64,000 nt of DNA from Paraspadella gotoi. Lineage: Eukaryota; Animalia; Chaetognatha. The stretch is taken from NCBI GenBank assembly GCA_051294375.1, contig CM119270.1, positions 13,929,316 through 13,993,315 of the forward strand, given 5' to 3'. This document shows positions 25,344 through 38,039 of the stretch, one piece after another. The translations under genes were made by a program, and so were the position numbers. Position 1 is the stretch's first letter, and the number at the start of each line of letters is the position of its first letter. The notes under the pieces are model-generated. The model saw only the letters and a list, made by a program, of their open reading frames with translations, did not search any database and was not told the DNA's origin.

Positions 25344-25958
25344 CAGAGAGAAGAGAAAAGAGATTAGAGAGAGAAACGAAGAGAGACGAGAAGACGAAAA
25401 GAGAGATAGAGAGAGAAGAGGAAGAGAAAGAGAATAAATCGCCAACTGCTAACCGAAAATCTCGGATGAAAATATGGGACTTTGTATTGAAAAAAGCGCG
25501 GAGAGAGTATGACAAATATATAAAAGTTTTTATAGAAGGAAAAAAAATAATCAGCAAATTTTCAAAAACAACGATCAACGCAAAAGAATCGGACAGCATA
25601 GGAGACAGACACAAAGAGAGAGAACAGAAGAGAACAGGAGAGAAGAGCAGAGAGAAAAAAAGAGAGGCGAGATGAGGACAGCACACGCCTGCAAGAGAAA
25701 AATGACAGAGAGAAAGAACGTAATATGAATAATTAAAACGCATAGAGAGAGAGAGAAGCTCTACAGCCGCCTTTAAACTAGTCGTGTAAAAGAAATCAGC
25801 AGTACATCAGTATGGCGCCGCGCAAACGTAGCGTGAGCTAACTTCGTAACCCTATAACAGGACTGGGTTCGCGCCTAGTCGTGAGCCATCGGGTTTTTTA
25901 TTAGTGACCCACATATATCTAAAGATTTTTTTGTAAAAAAAAAGAAGATGAGAGAGAG

Positions 25959-25997
<39 letters not shown>

Positions 25998-26675
25998 AAG
26001 AAGTTGGACAGACGCTGCAAAGCCGGAACTCGTTATTTAGAAGAATGCGTGACGGGAGGAGAAGAGAGAGAGAGAGCGACCATATATTACGTTTTTGTTT
26101 TGGGTTTAAACAATACTACTATTCGATAATGACATGGATTATAAGAGGAATCTTGATGATATGGCTTGATTCAACTGCCCTATGATATCACAAAATCATT
26201 TTCAGACCCATGATTGAAAGGAGACCGAAAGCCTAAAACCGAAAAAAAATCGAGACCAGGCGAGCTTATCCCGCTGGCTCGGATAATAGAGGATATATGT
26301 TATTGTTATTGATAAATGATACCCACTTTATATGTCTAGATCTTTTAAGACATCGATGATGCAACCTGAAATAATAAAATTATAATTAATCTATTAATTA
26401 ATTAATTAATTAATCTAATTATTTTAATTTAATCTATTAATTAATTAATTATTTTATCCATAATATAATATAATTCGCGTGCGTCGTTTACATGGCTGTT
26501 TAGAAATTACACGTCCATATTTTAGCTGTTTTCATTTTTTTTTTATTTTATTTCGTCGGCGGAATTTTGAGTTTTTCGTACGTGAAACTTGAGAACTGAT
26601 ACGAAATGGCGGAACGAAACGTTGATGCACGAGAGGAGAAGAGAGAGCGGGGAAGGAGAGGGAATGGCGAGAGAG

Positions 26676-26706
<31 letters not shown>

Positions 26707-27211
26707 AGAAGAGAAAAGAAAGAAGAGATTAGGCAACGATGAGCCACTTCTTTACTTTTTTTTTATTTTTATTATGGATCTTTTTATTTTCATTATTTGC
26801 GAATACTAGGGGATTCGGTTTCTCCGCCGCACTCTCCGGAAGGGGGGGTGGTGGGGAGGGAAGGCGTAGAAGGGGGAGGGGGTTTAAGGGGAGAGAAATG
26901 AAGGAGGAGATGGAAAAGAAGACGGGGATAGAGAGGTTGTGGTGAGGGGGTTGGGAGGATTGCGAAGGGAATAGAAACAGAAACGAAAAAACAGAGCAGA
27001 AATGAAAAAAAAGAAAGTTCCGAAAAAGAGCAGAAAATAATTAAGTTACACAGCGACCTTTTCGATGGCAGAAGAAATGAGAGAAGGAGAGAGAGAAGAA
27101 AGAGAGAGCGCGGAACTGTTATGCATCATTTTTGCATCGGAAATCATAACTGGTCTCGGCTGGTGGCGTTGTTCTCTCCCTTTTACTCTCTACCATTTTG
27201 TCGCTCTTCAG

Positions 27212-27289
<78 letters not shown>

Positions 27290-27338
27290 TCTTCTCTCTC
27301 TTGCCATTTTTAGACTGACTCTTGCGGGGAGAGCCATT

Positions 27339-30300
27339 CCCCCCTCATCTCGATCGGCCCTTTTATTGTTTTGACCAAAGCTCATTTTCTTTCGAGTTTT
27401 GAATCATGAATGAATTTGAAGAAACCAGAGGGAAAAAAGTTATTCATTCGCAGACTCATTGGCCGCTGGGAATATTTTTAAGACCGGAACAAAGCAAAGC
27501 CGAGTGTGACTCTGCTGTGTGAGTGTGAAAAAAGATCATGTCAAAGTTTGGATTGGATTAATATTTCTGTGTGAAAAAATTGAGAGCGGTAAAACGTCAT
27601 TGAAAATTTTCGGTTATATGTTTTATTAAAATTTTGTGACGATAGGAAGATTAAAATAAAAAAATGTTGCCACTTCCAAAATATGAAATGTTTATGGAAA
27701 TTAGGGAATAACTAAAATAATTAAAGTATATTTATATACCCTTTTTAAATCATTTTCCCAGTTTCTTCTTTCCTGCTCTTTCACACCTTTTGTTTCTTTG
27801 TTTCAACCGGCGCCCCCCACCCCACTTGCCCCCCCTCTCTTTCGATCGACCTAATTCAAGAATCGGGCCCGGCAAGAAGATTCCTACCTTCTTTCCGCAT
27901 ACCCTTGTCTTAAAAACCTCCTTCAAACATTCCTCTTCTCTCTCTCTTCTCTCTCTCTTCTCTCTCTCATACTCTCTCTCTCTCTCTTCCTCTCTCTCTC
28001 TCATCTCTCTCATTCTCATCTCCTCTCTCTCCTCTCTTGGCTCCTTTTTAACCTCCCCCCCTCGAAGAGTGGAGCGCTATAATGTATCTCCGCCCCTTCA
28101 CCCACCGCAACTCGAAGGCTAACGGTGGGTTTCTGCTCTCCCCTCCGCTCTCTCGTTCCTCTCTCTCTCTTCTCTCTCTCTCTCTCTCTCATCTCTCATC
28201 TCTCTCTCTTCTCCTCTCATTCTCATTTCACTCTCTCTGATTGGAAGCCATAAGGTTCGAAAGGCAGGCAGATGGCTGACGGAGGAAAGGGTGTCGAGTG
28301 GTGTGTATAACAGAGAAATGGGCCAGTCAGCCATAGTACAGATTCGTCTCCTCTCTCTCTCTCTCTCATCCTCTCTCTCTCTCTCTCTCTCGTCTCTCTC
28401 TCCTCATCTCTCTCTCTCTCTCTCGTCTCCTCTTCGTCTCTCTCTCCTCCTCTCTCTCTCTCTCTCTCTCTCTCCCTCTCCCGTTATTAATCCCTTCTTC
28501 TCGACGTTTTACTCGATTTGCAGGACAAAATCTGGACGCGACGACGACGAGACGAAGACGACAACGTCGAAATCAAAGATGTCAAGAAATGAGTCGGACG
28601 ACGATGAAAAGAAAGAGACGAACAAAACAACAACTCACAACAACAACCCAACGAAGAAGGAAACGACGGCAAAACGGATTAGGACGAAAGAAGGAAAACG
28701 GACGTCGGGAAGAACCGATTAGACGTATCAAAACTGCGAAAGATAGTATGCGATGAAAATTATGTTATTATAATTAATAAATGCAATGAAAATCAAAAAT
28801 CAGTAATAGAGAAAAGACAATAAACCCAAAAGGCTGAAGAAGAGAAAATCTGCGAAAGAGCGGCAAAAGGGAAGGTAAAAAGAGAAAAATCTCCCGAGCA
28901 CAATGAATTCGAGAAAAAAAGAGATAAATCCTAAATGAGTTCATCTCGATATAAGTTAGTCAAATTTCAAAAAGAGGCAAAGAGACGCAGAAGTTAATAA
29001 CGTCGCAACAAAAATTAAAGCCAATTCAGAACGCAAATACTGGGAATATTTATAAGTCTACTTTTATTTTAAAAAATTTTACTATATAAAATTTAAAGGT
29101 CTAATTTAGTAAAACAAGTAATCTTGCAAATTTTTCATAAACGATGACCGCCCGGATTATCGAAAGGCGACATACAACACTACTTCACGCCACACAAACC
29201 GACGAAATTGAAGAAGTCTACAACCAACAACGACCACAACGATAATACAACGAACACACGACAAAACACAACCACACGACAACCACAAAGGACCAACATC
29301 TAACGACCCACAGGACCACCACGACTCGATCGGCGACGAAACATATTTTAGTGTTCCGTATCTCAAGTGTTTGTTGTTGTTGTTGTTTGTCCGTCGTGAA
29401 TTCGATGGTGATTCCTGAGTGGAGAAGGAAATGAATCTCTTTTTCCCCGACGAAGTCGTCGTCGGTCGTCCGTCGGTCGTTCTTCGTCTCGAGATGCGGC
29501 GTGATGTTTTTTTCTTCGGGACGGGTCGGTCGTTGTCATCGGTTGTTGTAGTCGTTTGTTGTTTTGTTGCAATGTTCCTAAAAATGCACGGATGATGAAG
29601 AAGAAATTAATAGTTTTTTAGAAAAAACGGCGGGACGCGGCGGATGAAAAGTGGGCCGTACTAGGTTTTTCAAAAGTTCGAGTTTTACATATACATATAT
29701 ACATAGTTATCTATATTTGTTGTCTGTTTGTCCTTTGTCATTTTTTTTTTTCTGGGAACTCGAGTGAGAACAGTGAAATTAACAATATATTTATTTCGCT
29801 TCTTTGATGAGAGTAATCTGTGATGAGAGTAAAAAAAAAAAAAAAATAAATTTCAGTTTGCTAAGAATTTAGAGCGATTGCCCGAAGTGTGAACAGCCGT
29901 CCAGAGGACTTTCGAAGCTTTTAAGAGAAATTTGCTACCCTCGCTTCGGGCCTCACACTCTCAGTTTCAAAAATCGGAAATGTGAAAAAGGACGTGACCG
30001 GGTTTGATTTCCGGCGGGCTCGGCTCCGGCTCGGGCTCATCCGGCGAAATTAATAATGAAGATATTTGTTTATTTATGATTAATCTAATTCCATCTCCTC
30101 CGCTGAACGAAAACAAAAAAAAGCGGCGCGCTCATCGCATCGTCATTTCCGTTATTTATAATAATTTTTGAGTCATTAGAGATATTTTTCCAGTCAAAGT
30201 CCTTCTTGGTGACATCTGGCCGATAGGACCTTTGCCAAATAGATATACCGTTTTTTACTTTTTTTCTCGTCCTTTTTCTTTAAAGAGAAAAAAAAATTCA

Positions 30301-32091
30301 TCAAAATAGTTTTTCGTGATTCTCTCTCTCTCTCTCCTCTTCTCTCTCTACTCTATTCTTTTTTCTCTCTGGTTATCTTCCTAACTTATGAATTGGATTC
30401 TGGTAGTCCGGTTTCTATTAAAACTACGATATGGAGAACTAGTCAAGATCAGTCTTCTTGAAGGATTCGGGTTTTCCTTCCATCATTTATCTTCGGGGTG
30501 AACCAACCCTTGTTACTGGGATTACATACGGAGTCGGGTGTTTGTGGGAACCAGTAAAAACTACATGAGAGTAGATTACATCCGGGGGGAAGAGATTTTG
30601 TGTATATTTTTCTCGCGAGTCCTATTAATTCTCGTCGCAACAAATATGCAGGTCACCGATTCGATTTTCGCGGCCGAAAGTTGTAATATGATGACTCGGC
30701 GAAAAAAGGAAAATAAAAGAAAACAACAAACAAAACAAACAAAGGGACTGGGTGATGAATTGAAAAACGAAAATTTGATGAGTATGACAGTATTGAAAAA
30801 CGTGAACAGTTTTTAAAAAAAGAACCAAGTCTAAAATTAAGATTATAGATATATGAAAGAATAAATTAAAATTGAGCGTGAAGCCTCCTCGAAAGATGCG
30901 ATCGACCGTGAAACAGATTAAATATGATTTCCCAGAAAATTCTATCTGCATTCCTTTTTTTAAGTACGCCATGAAGAGAGGGATAAATTTAAACTAGAAT
31001 AAACTATATTATATGTGAAACGATTTCCTCATTTCTATTAATACATTATATATTCAATGTTATATATTCGTAATTCTAATAAAAAAAAACCATCCAATTT
31101 ATCTATGATTGAAGAATGACTTTTACGAATCTAAATTTAGACTTTTTTCTTCCCTAAACATTTATAACATGGAAATAAGGGTCTAAATCAGAATTGGACG
31201 ATGCCAAGTGCAGCCTCCTGCCAAATTTCCATGAATCAATAGCAGACTCGAAAAGGGCAAAAGGAAAACAAAAAACTTATTATCATTCAAAATGAGAATA
31301 AGTCTTATTCAAGTTAGTAAGAGTACCTATTTCATCCAATGCAAAAGTGATAAAGAGGCGTATTTATGGTCACTGTTCCACCACCGGAAAGAGAGAACAA
31401 CGAAAATCAGATCGTGAGATCCCGGCGCTCACACGTAACCTCACGGCGTTAAGTTTGATTTTGAACGACTCGCGGTGAAACTTTATAGACGGACAGTCAA
31501 CGCGCAGTGCGACGGAACGACGACGAGGAAGGTCACGAATCGCACGAGGGAGGGGATTGGGGAGACGGCGAAAAATTGAGAAAGTTTAAAAAATCTATCG
31601 TGAGGGAGAAAAAGTGTCTTTTTTTTTCGAATCGTAAAATGAAAGAGAAAGTCGCGAGAATCGATCGAATGAGTTCTGCTTGTTTGTTATTGTTGTTTCT
31701 ACTTTGTTGTGTTCCTCTCCCTTTATTTCGGTTTATTCCCTTTTGTTTTCGTTGAGCTCTATCCAACGTTTATATTTCGTTTCGGTTTGTTATGATTATA
31801 TTTCTAATCCCAGTTATGGCTTTTATTTTTTGTTTTTTTCGGGTTTCTACTCGTTTTTCGTTCTTTGTTTTGTTTTTTTTTTATTTTCGTTTCTGTTCCT
31901 CGTTGTGTTTTTCCTTCGGGCTTTCGAGGCCACAAATAATATTTCAAGACGAAAGAAAAAAAAACCCTAAATGAAAAGTAGCTCGTCGACGGCAAAAAAA
32001 ATAACGAGAAAACTATATTAAGTATTATTATAGTCTTTACCTTTTTTTTAGTGTTTAAAAAATTAAAACAAACAGAAAACAACATCTACAT
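27339..32091. repeat. Right arm (indel-rich copy) of the inverted duplication of 18932-23565
   Basis: Colinear reverse complement with scattered 1-nt indels typical of unpolished long-read sequence. Confidence 0.95.
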
Positions 32092-32142
32092 TAAAGGCGT
32101 AGTGAAAGTTACATGCGAGCGAAAATTCTAAAATGTCAAATT

Positions 32143-32687
32143 AATGAACAACATATCCATCAGTAAACATTAATTTGTAAAAAAAATTATTTTATGTTTT
32201 TTAATTTTCGGCAGTAGGGGTATATTTATAATATAGTAACTATCCTTATAAAATCCGAAAAATTTCAAAATAGGCTTTTTTCTAATTTTTGATTGAGATT
32301 GAATTCTTCGTCAAAAGTTGATAAAAAGAAAATATAAAAATCTTTAAAAAAATTCTTTTCATTAAGTGGGTTAAATTAAAAACTATATTTAATATATAAA
32401 AAAGTTGATTTTTCAGCTTAAAATAAATAGCATTTATTTTCCTAATTTTTGACCACAACTTAATGAAAGGAATTTTTCAAAAAAGAGGTTATATTTCTTT
32501 TTTATTAAAATTTTTATGACGAATCCAAATCGCAAAAAAATAAAAAAAAAACTGTTTTGAAATTTATATACATTATAGGGTTTAGTACTAGTTATAAAAA
32601 TATGGCTACTGCTGTAAAATTGTAAAAATTATTAATAAATTTTTTTTATTACAATAAAATGTTCATTAGTATAGATGTTGTTCGTTC
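32143..32687. repeat. Long imperfect AT-rich palindrome (foldback/MITE-like)
   Basis: AATGAACAACATATCCATCAGTAAACATT pairs with AATGTTCATTAGTATAGATGTTGTTCGTT, and TTTCATTAAGTGG pairs with CAACTTAATGAAA. The centre is near 32410. Confidence 0.6.
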
Positions 32688-33719
32688 CTAAAAAAAAAGG
32701 CTAAAAATAATAACGCTCTAATTTCTAATACCCCGATCTAAAAAAAACATCGAGCGAGATATTATTTTTTTTTCTGCCAAAAAAAAAGGGCGAAACGTAT
32801 TCTCCATCCGAGGCGCTCGCGGCCAGGAGATTTTAAACCGGATATGGGCGTGGCGCTTAGATCGAACGGACCAATGAGGGAGTCAGATCGCCCGAATTCT
32901 TTTCCCCTCTTAGATCAGTCAGAAAATCCCGACAAAAATGTTTGTATAGTCGATTGAACAGAAAGTATTCGTCTACTGTTTATTCTTTTGTTCTACTTAT
33001 TCCATCTTAAACGTAAAAGATTTTAATTTCCTCGCGTCCCGACGAAAACATCTCTGCCTTCGACTGACAAACTCCAGTAATCGACTTTCCAATTCTCTTG
33101 TGTCTTCATTATAATATTTGAGAGACGGCGGCTCGATGAAGAAGTTATCCAACCTTTTCGCCTTCCCCATCATTTTTAAAATTGCGTTCGAATGAAAAAT
33201 ACGACCATCGAAGCATCTCAATTTTATTTATCTTTTTTTTTTATATGAACCCGCAAACAATTTTATCAAAAACGTTTACTATTTTTAGTAAAAAAAAAGA
33301 AGCTCGGCTGCAATATGAACTTTGCTCCCGCGTGTCCGGACTTTCCCCTATTTCCTTCCTGTTTCATCCGTGTTATATTCAGTTCATTCGCGAATAAATC
33401 GAATTCTGTTTTTAAATTACAAATTTGTAACGGTTTTTACCGCATCGAGGAAAACGTGAGAAAAAATAACTTATCTCTTGTGAAAAAAACTATCAAAACG
33501 TAAATATACGTGTTGTGTCATGCGGGCCTTTTTTTTGTAAAAAAAAGTTACTGAAAAGGTTAAAAAAAAAGATACGTAAAGACAAAATTTATGCATTAAT
33601 AAAGTCGAAAACTTATTGTGACTAGGCGGAAAGCAGTAGGCGTTTCTCTCGCCTTCTTTCTCTATATCTCTATTTTTTGCTTTTTCCGCTGAAACATCAT
33701 CGCAACAACTGACGCTTTC

Positions 33720-33766
<47 letters not shown>

Positions 33767-34911
33767 CTCTCTCTCTCCCTCTCTCTCTCTCCTCTCTCTC
33801 CTCCCTTTTTGGCATCTCCCAAAATAATTCCGTCAAATTCGACTCGCGCAGTATAATTATCCGTCGATAAAAAAGTTTGCTTTTCTTCGATTTACGTTTG
33901 GAACTCACAAGACTATTTATAAAGTAAAAAAAAAAATTCCTGACGACGAATTTAATACCGCTTCTCCGATGAGATTGTTTATACATTTTCTGAAAGCCTC
34001 CTTTTGCGGTTTTAGTCATTACCCCCTTCCAACCTCCCACTGGTCCCCGGGGATCGAAAGTGGGGGAGATCGGTAATCCCCTTCGGTGAGTACTTTGTAT
34101 CTAAATGAGAAGAATAAAACAAAGGGCTCAAAATGGAGCTACAAACTTTGGGCGTCCACATTTTTGTTTGGTTGAGGTTATGGTGACTTTGAAGTTAGAG
34201 TGAGAAAGAAAAAAAAAAAAAAATCCGCGTTACTTAAAGTGGTATTTATGATTGGCGAGCGCATCGCATCCAAATATCAAACTTATCTCGGCCTCGAAAT
34301 CTTAAATAGCGATCGAGCCATCGAAATAAAAGAACTATGTCATTCAAACAAAACAATTAGTAAATACGGATTCTTCGTGCATCGCTATAGTTCCTCAACC
34401 CTTCCGAGGCCTTTCATGGATCAGTGCCAATAACGTTCGATTTGAATTGGATCAGAAGTTGGGAACTTTTGGCGTGCAATCGATCTAATAACATGGATTT
34501 TGGAGAGCCCGATTCGAGTGGTGACTCTTTCTTTCTTTCTCAGAGGGGGTTACGATCGGGAAGGATCGTTCCCGTGGTTCACGACTTCACGTGGTGAATG
34601 CTACATGACGAAGATGTCGAGGAGACATGGCTTTTTATCTTTCTACAGTGAATTGTATTACAATATGAATATCAGATTGACAAATTAAGTCTCATTTGGT
34701 TTAATACTAACAAACCTTTTGTGTCATGTATTCATGTCTTATTGTCATAAGGAGACTTTGAAACTGTGAAATGAGACGTCGAAGCAGTTGCCCAGAGTGA
34801 CACCGTGTTAAATTTGAGAGCGTTGGTTTGATTCGAATTGTCAGAAATACAGCATAGAAAACAGTCTCTTTTTACTGTTTTGGGGAGAGTTAGAGAGAGA
34901 GAGTTAGAGAG

Positions 34912-35003
<92 letters not shown>

Positions 35004-36746
35004 ACTTTCGGAGACTGAAACTGGGTTTCTTTCAGCAGGTGGTATTTTTTCCTTTCGTTCGAGAGTGAGAAACCAGGGACGGGTGGTGGCCGTGAGAGTG
35101 AGAGCGAAGGGTGGTGTGGGCGGCGACTTCTGACCCTAAGGTCAGTCAGTCAGGATGAGAGCGAGAATGAAGAAAAGAAGTAAGGCGATACGGTCGGCGG
35201 GATAATTGGTCTTCCCTCTGCAGCAGCTCGGAGGGAGTGGCGCTGCGAGAGTCTTAAAAAGGAGGAGGGCAAGATAAGTAGGGATGAGAGCGGCTGTTGT
35301 GGTCAAGATTTGTGGTATCGTTGATTCGAACGAGCGTGGTCTTATCGTTCGCTTTTGGACTTGGCCATTCGCCAATTAGGGTTAGTCTATCATATTCTTC
35401 GTTGGATGTTTATTGTTTGATATTGTGACATTGTGGACGTATTGTGGACGCAACAATGCGTCCACAGCATCCACTTACCATAAAATCTTACAAAGGAGTT
35501 GGAGCTACATCATCTCTACGTCTATCGGATGACTCTGAGGCACTAAAGCGATGCGTCGTATTAAGTCAACAATTGACTTTGATGACGATGGTTGCAATTA
35601 GATTTCACGGATTGTGATCGTATTTTCGCCGTCGCGTTTAAACCTTTGCGATCACGTAGGATCATTAAAGAACCCAATCAATGGACCTTCGTTCGCAACA
35701 GGGCCCGAAGTAACGCAGTTTTGACAACCCGCGTCATCTCGCGGTAACGACAGGCGGTAACTTCACGCTGTGATGTCAGGTGAATGGATTCCGGGTGAAA
35801 GTCGGCGATACTCACTACTCGGTCATTCGTCTCGCGGACCCTCGGAGTTCTGCGGTCGGAGGAGGAGAGAGGGGGCAGAGTACGAGAGGGAGGGACGAGA
35901 GAGGGAGTAAGAGGGGGGGGAGGGAACGAGTAGTTAGAAAAAAAAATTGAGGTGCGGAGTGTCGAACGGTACGAGCGGTGACGTCAAGGCTTCGGAACGG
36001 CGCTGAAACGAGGTTATATAGGGTAAAGTTTAAGGGGCGGTGGCTCTGAAAGTTGTTTTTTTTTCGTCGTGAAATCACTTAGGATTTTCTTTTTTTGCAA
36101 AAACAAATCGTACTTATTTTTTTTTTTTTTTTGGTCTTAGGCTTACACATTTATTAACTCGGAACCTCTTCTAATAACACTCTTCGCTTTCCCTTCTTCC
36201 GCTGGACTAAATTCTCTTCGTTTTTCCCCTCTTCCCACCCCGCCCCGCCACCCTCTTAAAAAAAAGGGGGAAAACATCTGCCCAGCACTTGAAACGACTC
36301 GGAAAGGGAGATGTTTTGTATTACGGAGGAAAAAAAAAGTTTTTCAATTTCATTTACAAAATATTTCGTATGAACTGGTAACGCTGTCGGCCGCGTTTCA
36401 AAGGGAATTTTAAAGAATCGGAAATACAGTCTAACGAAAACAGTTGTTTTTTTTTTTTTTGTTTTTTTTTTGGCTGGGAAAATTGATTAACTCAACCAAC
36501 ACGGGTGATCTTAAAAAGAGATTTTGAACAAGAGATTTGCGCTATTTACGATGGCGAACTTATTTTTTTTCTAATGTAATTTTAAAACTTTTTGAAACTG
36601 AATCAAACTTTACCAATCAAATATCTTGACCACTTTTTAATCACGTTTCGAAAATCTACATTAAATTTACTTCTGCGATCATAAATCATAAATCTTTTTG
36701 TAAATAAATCTTTCTTCAAGCGAAAGTTAAAAATGGCAATTCTTGA

Positions 36747-36856
<110 letters not shown>

Positions 36857-36858
36857 CT

Positions 36859-36896
<38 letters not shown>

Positions 36897-37152
36897 AAAC
36901 CATCTCAAATCTTACAAATCGAATTTGCGACATCAAACAATTTCACGCTCGGCCGCTACGGAGAATTGGCTTCTTTTTTAATTCTCGTTTTTTATTCTTA
37001 TTTTTTTTTCTCGCTTTTTATCTTTTCTGTTCCTCATGATTCGTTGAGATGATTTCGAGAAGGTTTTGGAGAAATAACACTCCCAATTCGTTTTTACCCT
37101 TTTAGGTCCATCTCAGATTCGAGCCGTCTTGCGAGAGAGGAGAGAGAGAGAG

Positions 37153-37228
<76 letters not shown>

Positions 37229-38039
37229 AACCAATCGGCGAATTTCTACCCCAAATCTTTAACACAAACAACCGAAGGACATTTTCCCTCTTTTTTCTTT
37301 TTTCTTTCTTTCTGTCCGTTTCTCTCTCTTACCTTTACTTCTCTACGATATTGTTTCTCAACTTACCCTGGATTCGGTTATCCTTCACTTAAGGGCCACT
37401 GAGTTTAACCGCAAAAATCAAAGAAAAAAAACATAAACAAAAACAAACGTAAACAAAAAGAAACCACGTTTTGCAATTAGGAATGAAACCATCTTTTCCC
37501 CCCCAAGGACGTAATAGGAGGTCAGGCATTTTTCATTTTCCAGTTAAAGATAATGAAAGAGAGAAGGAAGAGGATGATGAGAAGAAAGAAGGAGGAATTA
37601 AGGGTGGGCTATTGACTCCAAGGTGAGGTTAATACGTTGATGCTACATTCATCGATGGAGAACACAAAGCTTCGCATTCAGCTTAAGTTGACAAAGAAAT
37701 TATTGCATTAACGGAAGCAAATACCCGAATAAAAGCTCGATAATTCGCATACCTTGTCGGTCAGGACTTTTTATTTTGTCAGATTTATTTGACTACGTGA
37801 ATACAGTTTAATTTGTTCAGGTTTTTTAATATTTTTTTTCGCATTGTTTATCATCTTTTTTTCTCCTCAACCGTGTAGCAAAATTGATGTATTTTTTTAT
37901 TTTCTCAGGTTTTAGCCGCTGCCCAAAGATAAAAATACTCAGCTAGAAACCAAAACTTTCAAAAAAAAACAAAAAAAAAACAAACTACATAAACCTTTAT
38001 AAACACGAAAATAAAAACAAACAAACAATCAAAACAAAG

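Noticed and set aside
25795-25900. tRNA gene
   Set aside because: A B-box-like motif is present but there is no cloverleaf, and it lies in low-quality sequence. At most it is a SINE remnant.
35001-35040. Minus-strand hammerhead
   Set aside because: The core reads CTGAAAGA and stem II does not pair.
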